From positions 24,492,001 to 24,556,000 of the forward strand of contig CM052817.1 of assembly GCA_028534125.1 (NCBI GenBank): 64,000 nucleotides of DNA. Direction: 5' to 3'. Each line of letters starts with the position of its first letter. Position 1 is the first letter of the stretch. Position numbers and translations under genes: made by a program. This document shows positions 39,370-51,965 of the stretch, piece by piece. The stretch comes from Lama glama. Lineage: Eukaryota. The notes beneath the pieces are model-generated. The model ran no database searches and was not told where the DNA came from. It saw only the letters and a program-made list of their open reading frames with translations.

Positions 39370-39600
39370 TAATAGGTACCCTTTAATTAATGCTTACCCA
39401 GGACCTTGCATGATTACTAAGTTATTTTCAGATTATTAGAAAGACACTACTATTACTCCTGTTTTGCTGATGAGGAAACCTAAGCTCAGAGTGGCTTAGT
39501 AACTTGCCCAGTGTCACACAGTTGGTGTGTGGAGGAGGCAGAACTCACATCCTCTCATCTGCCTGATTCAGAAGCTTCAAGCCAGTTGCTGTGCTGCAGT
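39370..39600 (-). mobile_element. MIR SINE
   Basis: gatgaggaaacctaagctcagag..taacttgcccagtgtcacacag. Confidence 0.8.
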
Positions 39601-39836
39601 CATTATAGAATCACCTACTGGACTTGCCTCAAATCCAGCCTTCTGCAGTCAGTGAAAAAGCCTTCCCCCACCCAAAATGTGTAAATTAGATGAATTTATA
39701 TTGGTAATATTTTTTTCCAGATTCATAATTTATTATACAAATTGAGTATCACATGATGAGCTGACACTAGCTTCTTAAGGCATGGAAACTTAACAGGTGA
39801 GGTACAGTTTAGAATCTGTTTATGTTGCTTTCACAG

Positions 39837-40146
39837 CTGGAGTTTTTTTAGACCTTAACTTGAAGTATAAGACTATCAAAGCAACGCTTCGGTACGCAGC
39901 TGGAACACAGTTCACTCTCCCTGTGAGAGTGTAAGAGTTGAAATATTTTTTGATGCCAGTGAAATGAAATTGGGCATCAGTTTCTGGACCTGCCATGCTT
40001 TCAGTCTTCCAAAAGACACCAACTCTGTAGCCTGTGTCCTTCAACGTACGCAGCCACTCCTCGGCCCAGCTGGAAGAAGCCAGTGATATTTTAATATAGA
40101 AAAATCTGTTTTATCCAACCAAGGAGGAATATTAGGTTCATATTAG
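39837..40146 (+). pseudogene. Gene B exon (GVFLDLNLKYKTIKATLRYAAGTQFTLPVRV*..KNLFYPTKEEY*VHI)
   Basis: Strong acceptor tgtttatgttgctttcacag, phase 1; 5 stops; 3' end uncertain because of an 11-bp tandem duplication at 40129-40150. Confidence 0.5.
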
Positions 40147-42330
40147 GTTCATATGACTTTAGGGAAAATTCTCTATGAATCAGCTTTTTTGACAGACAAA
40201 ATAATTTCTAAAAGATAGCACTTACGATCTCTTTAATGTGTTTGCTTAATTGTTTAATTCTGTGTGCTTGTATGTCACGTAAGAGTTCTTAATGACCCTG
40301 AAAGTCATTAAGTTTTAGTTCTGTATTATAATCACAGTGGTCAATGTTTTAATCAATTACAAATGTAGAATTTTATTGTTGCCATAGCTTTTTGAAATCC
40401 TTATCTTCCTGAGTTGAGAGGTATTATATCTTTTTAAAAACCTGGTGTACGAGAGTGATTTGACACTTAATAGGATAAGACGCAGCAATATATCAGTCCT
40501 AGGATTTTTGTAGTATTCCTAAAGAATTGGAACTTAGATGTTATTTGTGAGAATCATATGGAAATGGGGGTAGTCAGATAATTTGACCAAGATTTTTGTT
40601 GATACCTCAGTGGTATCTGAGGAGTATAAAGTGATCAAGAAAACTGTCATCTCTAGGAAGGATATTTAGGATCCATCCTTCTACGTGCTCTTGAGTAGGG
40701 TTAGGAGATGAAGATTCTGGGGATAACCCCCAAAGCTCTTGGGGCTTAAGTTTTCTCATTTAAACTAAGAGGCTGGCCCTTGATCAGTTTACTGTACGCC
40801 TTCTATGAAATCGAAAGATCATATCAAATATTTAAATTCCTTTAAAAAATATCTTGTCAACATTGTCCGGAAGGTCACTAGCATTGAGTTCATCTAAACC
40901 GATATAGCCCCTCTAATCCATATCCCAGAGTGTAGCGCCAGCCTCGGGACCTCACACCCTGTTTTGAGGGGACTCCCCTCAATTCTTTGGCTCTACCAGT
41001 GCCCACTGGACTTCTTTATAAGACAGACCTCCAGGTTCTCCTTCAGCCAGAGTGGCCCCATGCATCTGATGGCACTGTCACTGCAGCTCATTTACGGGAA
41101 ACGTCCTCTTAGAATGAATTATATAAAAATGGGGAGTGAAGACAGTTTGATTAGAAGGGTAGATTGTGGATGAGGTGCACATACCTCTCTCTGCCCAACA
41201 CCAGTGAGTATGTGGTGCTCAGGATGCTGTGACACCCCTTGTGGTTGGTTGTCCCCCAGAACCAAGGCTGCATATCTGGGTCTTTGCAGCCAGGCACTCT
41301 CCTTGTATCCCTTCAAAGACTAGAGACCTGTGGTTGCGGGTATCAGAGAGGCTTATGGGTGGAGATGCTAGGAGCTTGTTTGTCTTCAGAGATGACACTC
41401 TCAGTTATTGTTTTACCAGTGAGGTGCCTCTCTCAGCCAACTCCACAGTAAGACTTTTTTTCCCCCCATATCTAATGATAGGCAAGACTGATTTAAGAAA
41501 AAAAAATCTTGAAACTGTGTGTGATCCTGGAAACCATCTCAGATACCATATAACTTAACAATCCTTCACATACCACCTCCCACCCATAATACAGTCATTT
41601 TACTAGTAAGGAACAGAAACCTAGTCAAGCAACAGTCATTATTGGCAGAACTTGAGTTTAGTCATGGGTCTCCCTTCCTGGCCAACGTTATAGCACACTA
41701 TGTACTAGGGAATTAGACTTTTTATTTTTAGGGTTCTTTTTTAAACGATCTCTGGTACGTGTTCTCTGTAATTCAGCAACATTTGGTTATTTTTCCAAAT
41801 CTCTGAAATCATTAGGAAAAAAAAATAGGGTTGCTAAAACAGATTTGTAAATAATTATCCTAAAAGTTTCTCCTATTTTTGAAATATTATTCAATTGGCT
41901 AATCTCTAAGACCTTCTTGTAATGTACAATATAATAATATATTTATAGTAACATGAAAGAGATAAATAAGACCATTCTGATTTATAATTTTTATAAGTAC
42001 CCAAGAATCAAATGAAAAACATACTTTGGCATTTTCACAAATTCATATTTATTATATTAATTGATTGCTATCCATATGATGGATGTTATTTCCTAACATT
42101 TAATTTTCTTTGAGAAACTGTATATGTTTTGGTTTCACTTGGACTGGATAGTCTTTTCTAAATAATCTTTAAGTAACAATATATTTTTACTTTGTTTAGG
42201 ATACTAACATGTATCTATATATTTTATCTTCATGTCATTCTGTTGAAAATTTTATGCAGATGTTTTAGTAAACTGTTTTTTTCCATCAAAAGTGTTATAT
42301 GCAGAAAATTCTCTCCTCCTTAATGCTCAG

Positions 42331-42694
42331 AATATAGGGTATTCTCTAACTGTCACTACTTATTCCATCAAGTGATAGCAATTTTTAAAAATTACTTTAT
42401 CAAACTTATGCTGGATGGAATTCCACTGATATTTTTGAAGACTCATCAGATATAGGTGAAGACTTTGAAGCAGCTTCTTGTTAGAATCATGACATCAACT
42501 GGCCCTAGTCCATATGTGTGCAGGAGAGTCATTTAAAGCTATTGCCAATAGAAATCTACAGAGAGCAATTCTCTGTATTTATTTGACTGGACAATAGGAT
42601 ATAGCATGACAGTATCATTTAATACATAATGGTTATTTTCAAATACAATTTTTTTGCCATCTGTAAAAAAAAAATTTACTTTCGAGTATGATTG
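42331..42694 (+). pseudogene. Gene B exon (..KLLYQTYAGWNSTDIFEDSSDIGEDFEAASC*..LKLLPIEIYREQF..FEYD)
   Basis: Acceptor ttctctcctccttaatgctcag, consensus donor gtaagt at 42695; heavily degraded, frame uncertain. Confidence 0.4.
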
Positions 42695-42776
42695 GTAAGT
42701 TCACCATTTTTATGTGGTGGCGTGTTTTATCTAGCAACAGCTTTAAGAACTTTAGCAATTTTGTTGACTATAACAG

Positions 42777-42944
42777 CAGTGATAATGAAATCCCCACGAT
42801 ATCCTAATGTTGAAATACCACCCAAATGACACATGTGCTTGTTGGGTCAGGATTCCCCCACTGTCAGAGTTGGAGAAGTACAGTAACTTTTTTCCTGCCG
42901 TGTTACTGTACTGTGGACAGGCCCTTGCATTCTGGAACATGAAA
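42777..42944 (+). pseudogene. Gene B exon (SDNEI/PHDILMLKYHPNDTCACWVRIPPLSELEKYSNFFPAVLLYCGQALAFWNMK)
   Basis: 82-nt upstream intron; 52 open codons after an apparent 1-nt loss in a C run; donor gtagcg, phase 0. Confidence 0.55.
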
Positions 42945-43049
42945 GTAGCGTCATAGGATACTCACTTAGATATTAGTGCGTTTCGGTTCACATCAAACTG
43001 AGCAAGTGCAAAGACAATTACATAGGGTAGAAAGGGTAAGAATTAGAAT

Positions 43050-43280
43050 CAGTGTTGTGGGGCAGTAGAAACAAGGTGTGTAGCCCAGGATTAAACCATG
43101 CCTTGACCAGGAGGACCACTTGTGTGCACTTGGGCAAGTTTCCTATCAACTTTGAGTCTCCTCATGTATGAAATTGAGATCATGACACCTGTTTCACATG
43201 ATTATTGTGAGGTTTAGTGAAAGTGTGTGTCACATGACCTGAGCAGTTACTGAGATGGTCTTAGTAAATGGTAGTTGAAT
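43050..43280 (+). mobile_element. MIR SINE
   Basis: cttgggcaagtt..ctcctcatgtatgaaattgaga..attgtgagg. Confidence 0.65.
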
Positions 43281-44566
43281 ATGAATCTTTGGTCCTTGTC
43301 TTCTCACAAAGCTTAACTTGGTTTTAATGACACTGAAAGAAAAAAGTCAGTATAAAGAAGATAGGGTATTTTCTAGTGTGAAATGTCATATGTGGATCTT
43401 TTATGTCAACAGGATTAAAGCCAGTGCAAGGAAAATCAATTTCACACATTAGCCTTCTGCAAATGCCTCCTGTTCCAGCATCCCTCTGGCCCAGTATCAC
43501 TTAACCCTGAGGTGAAAATGAATATAGCAAGAGGGAGAAACAGTTGTTAAACTTATCACAATAGCCAAGCTATCAAATTAAACATGTTATTTATAGTGTT
43601 TCTAATTTTCACCCTAATTTATATATTAATTTTTCAAGCTAGCATGTGCAGAAATTTAATCAGCAACCCCTTATTTCCATGGAGGTTTATTGGTTATACT
43701 CTGGGAGAGAATTCGGGCATCAGAATCTATTCTGCCTCCGCTGGCAGAGTCCATCTGCACAGTAGCAGCGTTTGTAGAAAAGTAGAAATTGCTGTGAGCT
43801 GCCTATTTGCATTTGTTACACAATGCTGAACAATAGAACTGAATTAGTGGTTGGTTTTCATGGGATTAACTGAACCCAGTTGTTTTAGGAACATAAAAGA
43901 TTGGGCATGATTGTACTGGATGGCTCATTTGTTAGTTTTTTAAATAAAACTGAGCTCTAGAAAAAAAGACTTTATTAATTTCTGATGAATTATTAGTTAT
44001 TTTTATATTTTGTTTATGTTAATTCCACATATGGTTTACATCACAGTTTCAGCTTTGCCTTACTTTCTTTTTAACCTCTGAGGTTTCCAGTGACTTTTTA
44101 GGATGAATCTCTTAACCTGAATACCTAAGTACTGATGGATTTGGGGACAGATCCAACATGGTTCCATTATTCCAATTTTACCACCCCAGTTAATATAATC
44201 TAGCTTTGAATGCTATAAATTGGCAGTTTCCACATAACGTCTGTGTTTTTTCATGAGTCATCTCAGCGGTTCTTGTTTATGCTTATACCACTTACTTGCA
44301 CAGAAGCACCATTTTTCAAAAATCAGCAATTTACTATTTATGAAATTAATACTTTGACTTGATTTAATTCATTTATTTCAGAAATTGCAATAGTAGTAAT
44401 GTTTCCTGGGTAAATAAGGTCATTTCATCCATTTTCCCCGAAATGTTATTTTGTTTGAAGAAATAAGACTTCTGTAAATAAATCTATTAAGAAAGTTTAC
44501 TCAGGAGATACGTTATTATTTTGATAATTTCATTTTTCTTTCATTTTTTCCTCCCTTCCCTCTTAG

Positions 44567-44594
44567 GGCATTCCAGAAAACCTTGTAGTCTGAG
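44567..44594 (+). pseudogene. Gene B microexon (28 nt; GIPENLVV*)
   Basis: Very long polypyrimidine tract + ttag; donor gttaat; phase 0 to 1; TGA plausibly from CGA. Confidence 0.6.
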
Positions 44595-45511
44595 GTTAAT
44601 TGATATCATTGGTATTCCCACTATAGTTTATCAGCTTTTTTTCTTTAATTATAAAATTTTTGATTCTGAAAGATTTTAGACATGCAGAAAATGTACCATC
44701 CAGATTTAACCAGATTTGCGATATAGGCCTCAGATTCTTTTTAAACAGGTATTTCTTCAGTAAGAATCCTGACCACTGCTCTTGCCCCCTTCCCTCAAGG
44801 GAGCAGAGCATGAGTTTGTATCTGGTGTAGTTACGTCTTAAAAGATTAAAAGATACAGGTGTTCTATATACTGTATATGATATATTCTAAAAGAGCAGGT
44901 TATAACATGAGTTAAGAAAATCAAAGACTCTGATTTCTTTCTCCTTTGGAAGGCATGTTATTTCCCCACCATGAACTAAAAGTGGTCTCAGCTCAAGGTG
45001 CTCTTATCCTAAATGGATTGCCAGTCCTTTCCAGTTCCCAGTGCCTTGATCCATTTTATGTCTGCATATGATGTTATTCCCTTCAAAGGATAGTTTTGGG
45101 CCTGAGATAGGAAAAGAACTGCCGCTTTGTCTCCTGCCAGCTCCCTCCCCTCCACCATCACCTTTCCTCCCCGCTTTGCAGGAATCCCCTTGAAATCATA
45201 ATGAAAATATGAGATTCCAAGAGGACCCAGACTTTTATCTATTTTTAGTGCGTCTTAAACAGTTTCTGATATAAACTAGGAATTCCATAAATGTTTATTG
45301 AATGAATGAATGAGTCAGTTAGCCACAGATAATAAGAACTTTTCCCATTTCCTGAGATTTTTAGAAATTCTTCATTACTCTATGTAACCTTTCATCCGTG
45401 ATCTTAATGTCTGACTTTGCATAGCCAGAGGATTCCCGGGAGGCAACTCCATACTTAACTTTTGGGTGCTAATATACCTGCATCTAAACAGGCCAACCAA
45501 CCATCTTTCCC

Positions 45512-45975
45512 CAAAATTTTTTAATGGAAATTTTCAAACATATATGAATGTTAAGAAAATTATATGGTAAACGATCATACCTACCACTTAGATTCTATAG
45601 TTAATGTTTTACATATTTGCTTCATTATATATTTCTCCATCACTTTTTTATTATATGCATTTCAAAGTAAATTGCAGTCATTAGTACACTTCACTCTTAA
45701 CATACGTCATGAGTATCATTAGAGTTCAATTCTTGTTGACAGATATTTCGTTTGCTTTCTGAGGTAAAATTTATGTGTGGTGAAATGTACACATCCTAAG
45801 TGCATTATTTGATGAGTTTTGACAAATGCCTGCATCAATATGGAATAAAGCTTTAACTAAATAGAGCACATTTTCGTTCCCTGAAAGTTCCCTCAAGTCC
45901 CTTCCCAGTCAGTCTCCATCCCCACCCCCAGAGGCAACCACGGTTCTGATTTTTTCCACCATAGATTAGTTTCAA
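45512..45975 (-). mobile_element. Old LINE-1 3'UTR fragments
   Basis: ccagaggcaaccacggttctgattttttccaccatagattagttt. Confidence 0.7.
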
Positions 45976-46456
45976 GCAACCAACTATTAGCAAATGCTTT
46001 TTTCCTGTTTAAAAAGAAAAAGAAAAAAAGCATTGGTTGGCTCTGGTCACATGCATAAGTACCCTGCCTGAAGGCTGAATGAGCAATCCATTTTCACATC
46101 TGTGTAATTTTCTGATGCTGTAATTTCTGTCTCTCTTCTGATGATTCACTTGCCCTTCTCCCTAATAATTTAAGCACCTTCTAATTCCTTTCTCATGGTT
46201 ACAGGTACTAAGGGAAGAAGAAGCTGTCCTTAGAAAATTAGAGAAGCACGCCGTTTCAGAAATCAATTCAGCCAGCATTTCCTAAGGGCTTACTTTGTCC
46301 CAGGTACCGGGCTACACATAGAGGATGTTCAGATGAATAAAACATGGGCAAGTCAAAGCACAGGAGATGCACATATAAGCCAGTAACTTCCAGGCATTTG
46401 TTTGCTCTGTTCAGAAAATGGTTACTGAGCCTCTCCTATGTGCCAGGCAGTGGGGA

Positions 46457-46953
46457 TGTTACCAAATCCAAACTTGTTCTGCTTGCACAACAGGCCAATA
46501 AATTGGGAGATGAAGTGTTGGGGCAAGGAATAGCGACTTTATTCAGAAAGCCAGCAGACCAAGAAGGTGGCAGACTGATGTCCTAGAGAACCATCTTCCC
46601 CAAGTCAGAACTCAGGCTTCTTTTGTACTAAAAAAGGCAGAGTGTGCTTGTTATTAACTTCTTGGTGTTGGAATCCCTTGTTCTTGCAGCTGTCCATGTG
46701 GGTCAGGTCATGGTGTCCCTGTAAACCTCCAACAAAACAAATGTCATTTCCTATTATGCAGCTTTTTATCTTTATGTGATTTCAAAACTGTTAATACCCT
46801 TAAAAGAGCCTTGAGAAGAGGCTCTCCTGAGTATTTCAGGCTACAGGCAACATTCTTTTACAAAGGGTGCAGAACCAGCCCAGGAAACAGAGCACAGGGT
46901 TAAAGCCAAAGGAACAGATTTAATACAGAGTCAGATTTGTTCTTTTTATTACA
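46457..46953 (-). mobile_element. Solo ERV1-like LTR inserted in an L2
   Basis: TG...CA termini; 4-bp flanks ggga/agga; minus-strand AATAAA near 46540; L2 text continues on both sides (about 46400-47340). Confidence 0.8.
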
Positions 46954-47426
46954 AGGAAACAGCCCTGAATAACACAAACATAGTTCCTGCCCTCAGGGGC
47001 TTCAGCTTAGAGTTGGAGGCAAGGCTTTGTAACTTTAAGTGTGCCGAGTATTTCAAATCAGAAGTGCAGAGTGGTACAGGAGTGTCTAGCAAGCAGGTGG
47101 AACTTGGGCCATTCTGGGCGGATGCAGGTGGTCAGAAAAGGCTTCCTGGAAGACATTGCCTTCAGCTGATATCTCAAGGACAAGCAGGAGTAAACCAGGA
47201 TCAAGGGGGTGCCCAGGAGTTCGGCTACAGACATGTGGAAATGGCAGGAGGTAGCATGCGGCTGGTTGGAAAATGGAAATAGGGCATAGAGAGCAAGAAG
47301 GAAAGTGCTAAGAAGTGAAGCCTGGAGAAGGAGATGGGGTAAATTCAGAAGATTCTTGCAACATTTATCAGAAAAAGAGTATTTGACATGCTGATTTCGT
47401 CATCTTCTTCATTCTTCACACCTCAG

Positions 47427-47598
47427 ATAAATTGATTCAAATTGGATTCGCTTTGTATCCTCTTGAATTGGCTACACTGTTGTTTCAGAAAGAAGTAATT
47501 GTAAGAGGAAGAGTTAAAGAGCCCTAGAGTCAAGAAATGATATGACAAAGTCTTGATTTAGTCAACTTCTGGAACCCTGAGAGGAAATCTGAAAGGGA
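47427..47598 (+). pseudogene. Gene B exon (DKLIQIGFALYPLELATLLFQKEVIVRGRVKEP*SQEMI*QSLDLVNFWNPER..)
   Basis: Strong acceptor ctgatttcgtcatcttcttcattcttcacacctcag, phase 1; exon ends at 47583 (donor degraded) or 47598, both phase 2. Confidence 0.6.
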
Positions 47599-48652
47599 GT
47601 GCAGGGGTTCTTTGCCCAAAGGCCTGAGTTTCCCCATCTACTTCAGAGGCCTGAGATCAGCCCAGCGTGCGCTGCCGGGATGAGCAGACTCCTGAGCAGG
47701 CCTTCCCCGGTCCTTAGTTCAGCAATTTAAAAAGAACTAAATGTGGGCTGAGTTCTCACCGTCTTATCATTTTGATTTTTTTTGCATTATTTAATGCTTT
47801 GTAATAAAATTATTGAAATGCATAACTAATAGTCCAATCTAAGGAGTACTGTGAGAAATTTTAAAACTATGTTAAATGCAACATTGTGTTCATCCCAGAT
47901 AGGATTATATAGGGAAAAAAAAAGATTCAGCTGCTGCATTGAATTGCATGCTATTGCTGATAAAAGCTCCATTACCTTTTTGTAAATTCAATTTTAATTA
48001 CATCAGTGTTGTGGGCTCCATGCAGATATTTACTTTTTGTATAATGGATTTTTTAAGGGAAAATGTTCCATGAAAGCAGTAATTGTTGAATATTTCATTT
48101 GAAAGCAAATGCTTAAAGTATTTTTACAACATTCAACATGGATACTTTGGGAAAAGTAAAGTAAAAACATCCTTTAAAGGATTAAAAGGAAACTTTTACA
48201 ACCTTTAGCTATGGGTAGTATTTAGAATTTCACACTGATAATTATATTATTGATAAATGCATTAGAGTGAGGGATAACACTACTAAAACTTTGTTTTGCT
48301 GTTTTTTCTGTGTGAAACTGTATTAATGTTTGAGAAAGTATATTAATGATGAGATCAGATGAATACATCCATAAGTACTTAATGATCGAGACATTTAAAT
48401 GTATCTCATAACATTAAAATTAAGGTACCATCTATCATATACCTTTGGTATATAGGTAACACATCAAACTCTTTGCTGGAATTGTCATTTCTTGAAGATA
48501 TGGGAAAATTGAGTACGAGCTGCTGACTCCTTAGACACTGAAGCACCTCTAACTGAAGATCAGTTTGACTGGGTTAATTATCTTAACAGGATCACACAGC
48601 ATTAGGTTTAAAATATGTGTATATGTGTATATGTATATGTATTTTTGTAAAG

Positions 48653-48843
48653 ACCAGACTTAATAATTCTGAAATATTTCAAAGGAGAAGTCATCACATG
48701 TATTCTCCCCTCAGCCCCACCCATGCGGTGTGTTCCTTGAGAAAATGCATTGTTAGTGCAAATTCTCAAATGCTGCAAAGATCCATGCAGAGAACTGGGG
48801 CCAGTGACTTTCCACCTCCTGCCCCCAACTCCTATCCAAACTG
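48653..48843 (+). pseudogene. Gene B exon (191 nt; PDLIILKYFKGEVITCILPSAPPMRCVP*ENALLVQILKCCKDPCRELGPVTFHLLPPTPIQT)
   Basis: Acceptor atttttgtaaag, donor gtatta; phase 2 to 1; one stop in 63 codons. Confidence 0.6.
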
Positions 48844-49787
48844 GTATTAAGACACTGAGGTTTCCTGTCAAACATGAAGATCCAAACTGCGTTCTCTAAA
48901 CTGTCAATGCCTGTTAAACACAGATTAAGTCTATTTCTGAAAATGTTTTTTCAAATGATCAGTTGATACTGGTCAGTATCCAATGAGTCATCAGTAGGCT
49001 AGCATGGGGACTAAAGTGAGCACTGACACTTCCAACAAAACAGGTTTGTTTGAACAGGTCAATATTTTTTCCTCAACTTCCATGTGGAATCAGTCAAAAT
49101 CAATCTCTCTCCCTCTGAAACCATAAAAATATTATTTTTAACTTTTAAACACCACATACTTTTGATTTAGAGGTATTTGTATCAGTGTTTGTCTGCGTAT
49201 TAGCTGTTACACCACATAACGGCGGGGATGGGGCAGGTTTCTCTTATCTTCCATACCTCGAGGATGGTGCTTTGCACATGAGAAGGGTGCAATGAATATT
49301 TGCTGATAACTTAATTCATTATCAGTATCTAGCAAATCCACGTTTGTCCCTAAAAGCAGTCATTATGGGAACCCTTTTGATATCTGTTTGATGTCTTTAT
49401 GGGGAATCTTTTTTGAAATAAAAATGTCAACTTAAATATAATCTTCCAATCTGCTGATTGTTAATGAACATCAAATATGACATACGAATGTTTGTCACTT
49501 TCATATTTCATATGTTGCCCAAATGGATTAATTACCTTCCTCTCTAGCTGTGTATCATACCTTATATTAACTCTCTTTAAAGTGCATGTCTCTTATATGT
49601 TTGTACATTTAGTTTATTTTATAACCAGATGGTGGATTGTATGTTTATTTGGAGGATTGTGTCGATAGCGTGTAGTAAGAGAAATTTATATGAAAAATGA
49701 ATATTTGCTTTTATTAATGGTGTTAAGGATTTAAAGTACTTTCTTATTAACATGGAAGAAACCTTCATTTATTGTTGTTCCTACCAG

Positions 49788-50042
49788 TTCTTGCAGACCA
49801 TGTGTTATCGGTTAGTACTTGACAAATGTTAAGGCTGGGACACTGCATTTAAAAGAAAACAAGATGATTCTGACACCAGAAAACCAAAGGAGGCGTGTCC
49901 ATGAATATTTGAAACTAATCCAAAGCACAGTGAAAGGGTTATCAGTAAATGCCAGAAGGCAACTCAGGAGTGTTCCACAGGTCACAGGAGGTCTCTCCTC
50001 CCCCACATACCCCCACGGAGGGAAGGTTTTCTGCATCGTCAG
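49788..50042 (+). pseudogene. Gene B exon (255 nt; LADHVLSVST.. then frameshifted)
   Basis: Acceptor ttgttgttcctaccag, strong donor gtgagg; stops in all frames; contains most of ORF 49819-50046. Confidence 0.5.
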
Positions 50043-50339
50043 GTGAGGGAAAGTAATGGGAGTGGAACCTCAGAGCTGATGCAGTAAGATAGGTGTGAGA
50101 GCTTCCGGTTTTGTTGGTGTAATGTACAATCTACTATTCCCATGGCTTCCACACACCAGTGAAAGAGTACATATACAACAGTTTGGGAATGAGAATTATG
50201 CTCTTGACAGTTTTAACTTTAGCATACCACTAATAAGCAGTTGACGCTAAGCTATTTCAGAGAAATCCTTGGTACCAAAGACCACTATGTAGTATAGAAC
50301 TCTCAGGACTCTGCTTTAAAAAAAAAAAAAAAACCTCCC

Positions 50340-51000
50340 ATTTCTTAAAAAACTAGAAATAGACTTACCCTATGATCAAGCAATCCCACTCGTGGACATG
50401 TATATGGAGGAAACTCTATTTTGAAAAGACACATGCACCCCAGCATTCATAACAGCACTATTTACAACAGATGATTAGATAAAGAAGATGTAGTGTATAT
50501 ACACAATGGAATACTACTAAGCTGTTAAAAAAAGAATAAAATAATGCCATTTGCAGCAATATGGATGGACCTAAAGATTATCATATGAAGTAAGCCATAA
50601 AGAGAAAGAAAAATATGATATTACTTATATATGGAATCTTTAAAAAATGACAGGAATGAACTTATTTAAAAACAGAAATAGACTCACAGGCATAGAAAAC
50701 AAACTTACGGTTACCGGGTGAGAAAGGGAGGTGGAGGCATAAAATGGGAATTTGGGATTTGCAGATACTAACTACTACATACAAAATAGATAAATAGCAA
50801 GATCTTATTGTATAGTGCAGGGAACTATATGCAATACCTTGTAACAGCCTATAATGAAAAAGAACAGGAGAAGGAATATATATATATATGTATAAATGAA
50901 TCACTACGTTGTACACCAGAAACTAACCCAACATTGTAAATTGACTATACTTCAATTAGAAAAAAATAAAAATAAAAATTTTAAGAAAATATAAAAATAA
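50340..51000 (+). mobile_element. LINE-1 3' end with A-rich tail
   Basis: ctatgatcaagcaatcccact..tgtacaccagaaactaac..ttgactatacttcaatt + A-rich tail. Confidence 0.9.
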
Positions 51001-51965
51001 GCCTTACACCCTCAAGCCCCAGGTACTCATTTTCTGCTCTGTAGAACTCATTTTGTGCTGATTATCCATAAGGAGCAGCTAAGAAGGGTGGTTCTGTTTT
51101 GGCTTCATCCCAGCACAGTCACAGGGTGTCTCATATTGGCGTTGTAAGAAATTACTTACATTCAGCAAGAGAACACCATCACCTATGTGTGAGAGCCAGA
51201 TCTACTCCCACTTTGGTAATAGTCAGGGACTGATTTTTTTTCTTGTTTGTAACTGTTTCCTCCCTTTGTATAATGTAAGCATCCCTACTGAGGTAGGTAG
51301 ATGGGTAGAGAGATGGGTGGGTGGCTGGGTGCATGAAAGTACAGATGGATGGGAAAGGAGGGAGCTCTTCCTCACATTAGAAATTTAATTATAAATGTAC
51401 AATATGATGGAAATAGAAAATTGTTACTTGCCAAGTGGTAATAATTTATTGAGGCAAGGATCTTCAATAGATTAAGTAGTGGGTGAAAGGTTGAGAAACA
51501 GTAGGACATTATATCATCTCAGAGGATTCCCCTACAAGATGCCTATCAATTACAAAAGAAACATAGCTATTTTATCAGGCAGAAAAGTTTTTAATCACTC
51601 CAGTGTGATGGTGATGGTGGAACCAGCTTTTACTGAGATGTTACTATGTGAGAAGTACTTTATGTATGTTGACTTAATCTCAATGAGGCAGGTAGTATGG
51701 ATATTCTCTGAGGTTTTTAAATGTTTAGGATCTCACCCTGGGACATGCATTTTATGTTTAACCAAGCCGCTATTAAACCCCAGGATTCCTCTTGACAGCT
51801 GTATTCTGCCAACTCTTTCTCCTGTATATAATCTGTCACTCAGTTTCCTTTTAAATGTCTCTTCTTTTCACCCTTTATTTTCTTGCTGTAATCAAGATCT
51901 AAGCTCTATTTACCACGTGTATGGATTACTGCAGCTATTTCCAGCCAAGCCTCCCTATTCCAGTT

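Larger units (their letters stand above)
29755..50042 (+). pseudogene. Gene B: decayed multi-exon gene (at least 10 exons), probable paralog of Gene A
   Basis: Exon chain with largely consistent splice phases, including a 28-nt microexon; shared motifs with Gene A; in-frame stops and frameshifts. True 5' and 3' ends not established. Confidence 0.7.

Noticed and set aside
41118..41210. TATATAAAA + ATG + gtgagt donor as a first exon
   Set aside because: Peptide is uninformative, and it lies inside the Gene B chain.
42735..42776. Acceptor at 42734
   Set aside because: Would leave a 40-nt intron after the 42695 donor; the AG at 42776 gives 82 nt and the right phase.
1396..50042. Assigning Genes A/B to CATSPERB/G, PKD1L1, C1orf127, ZPAX or vitellogenin
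   Set aside because: No motif matched what I recall of those proteins, so no symbol is given.
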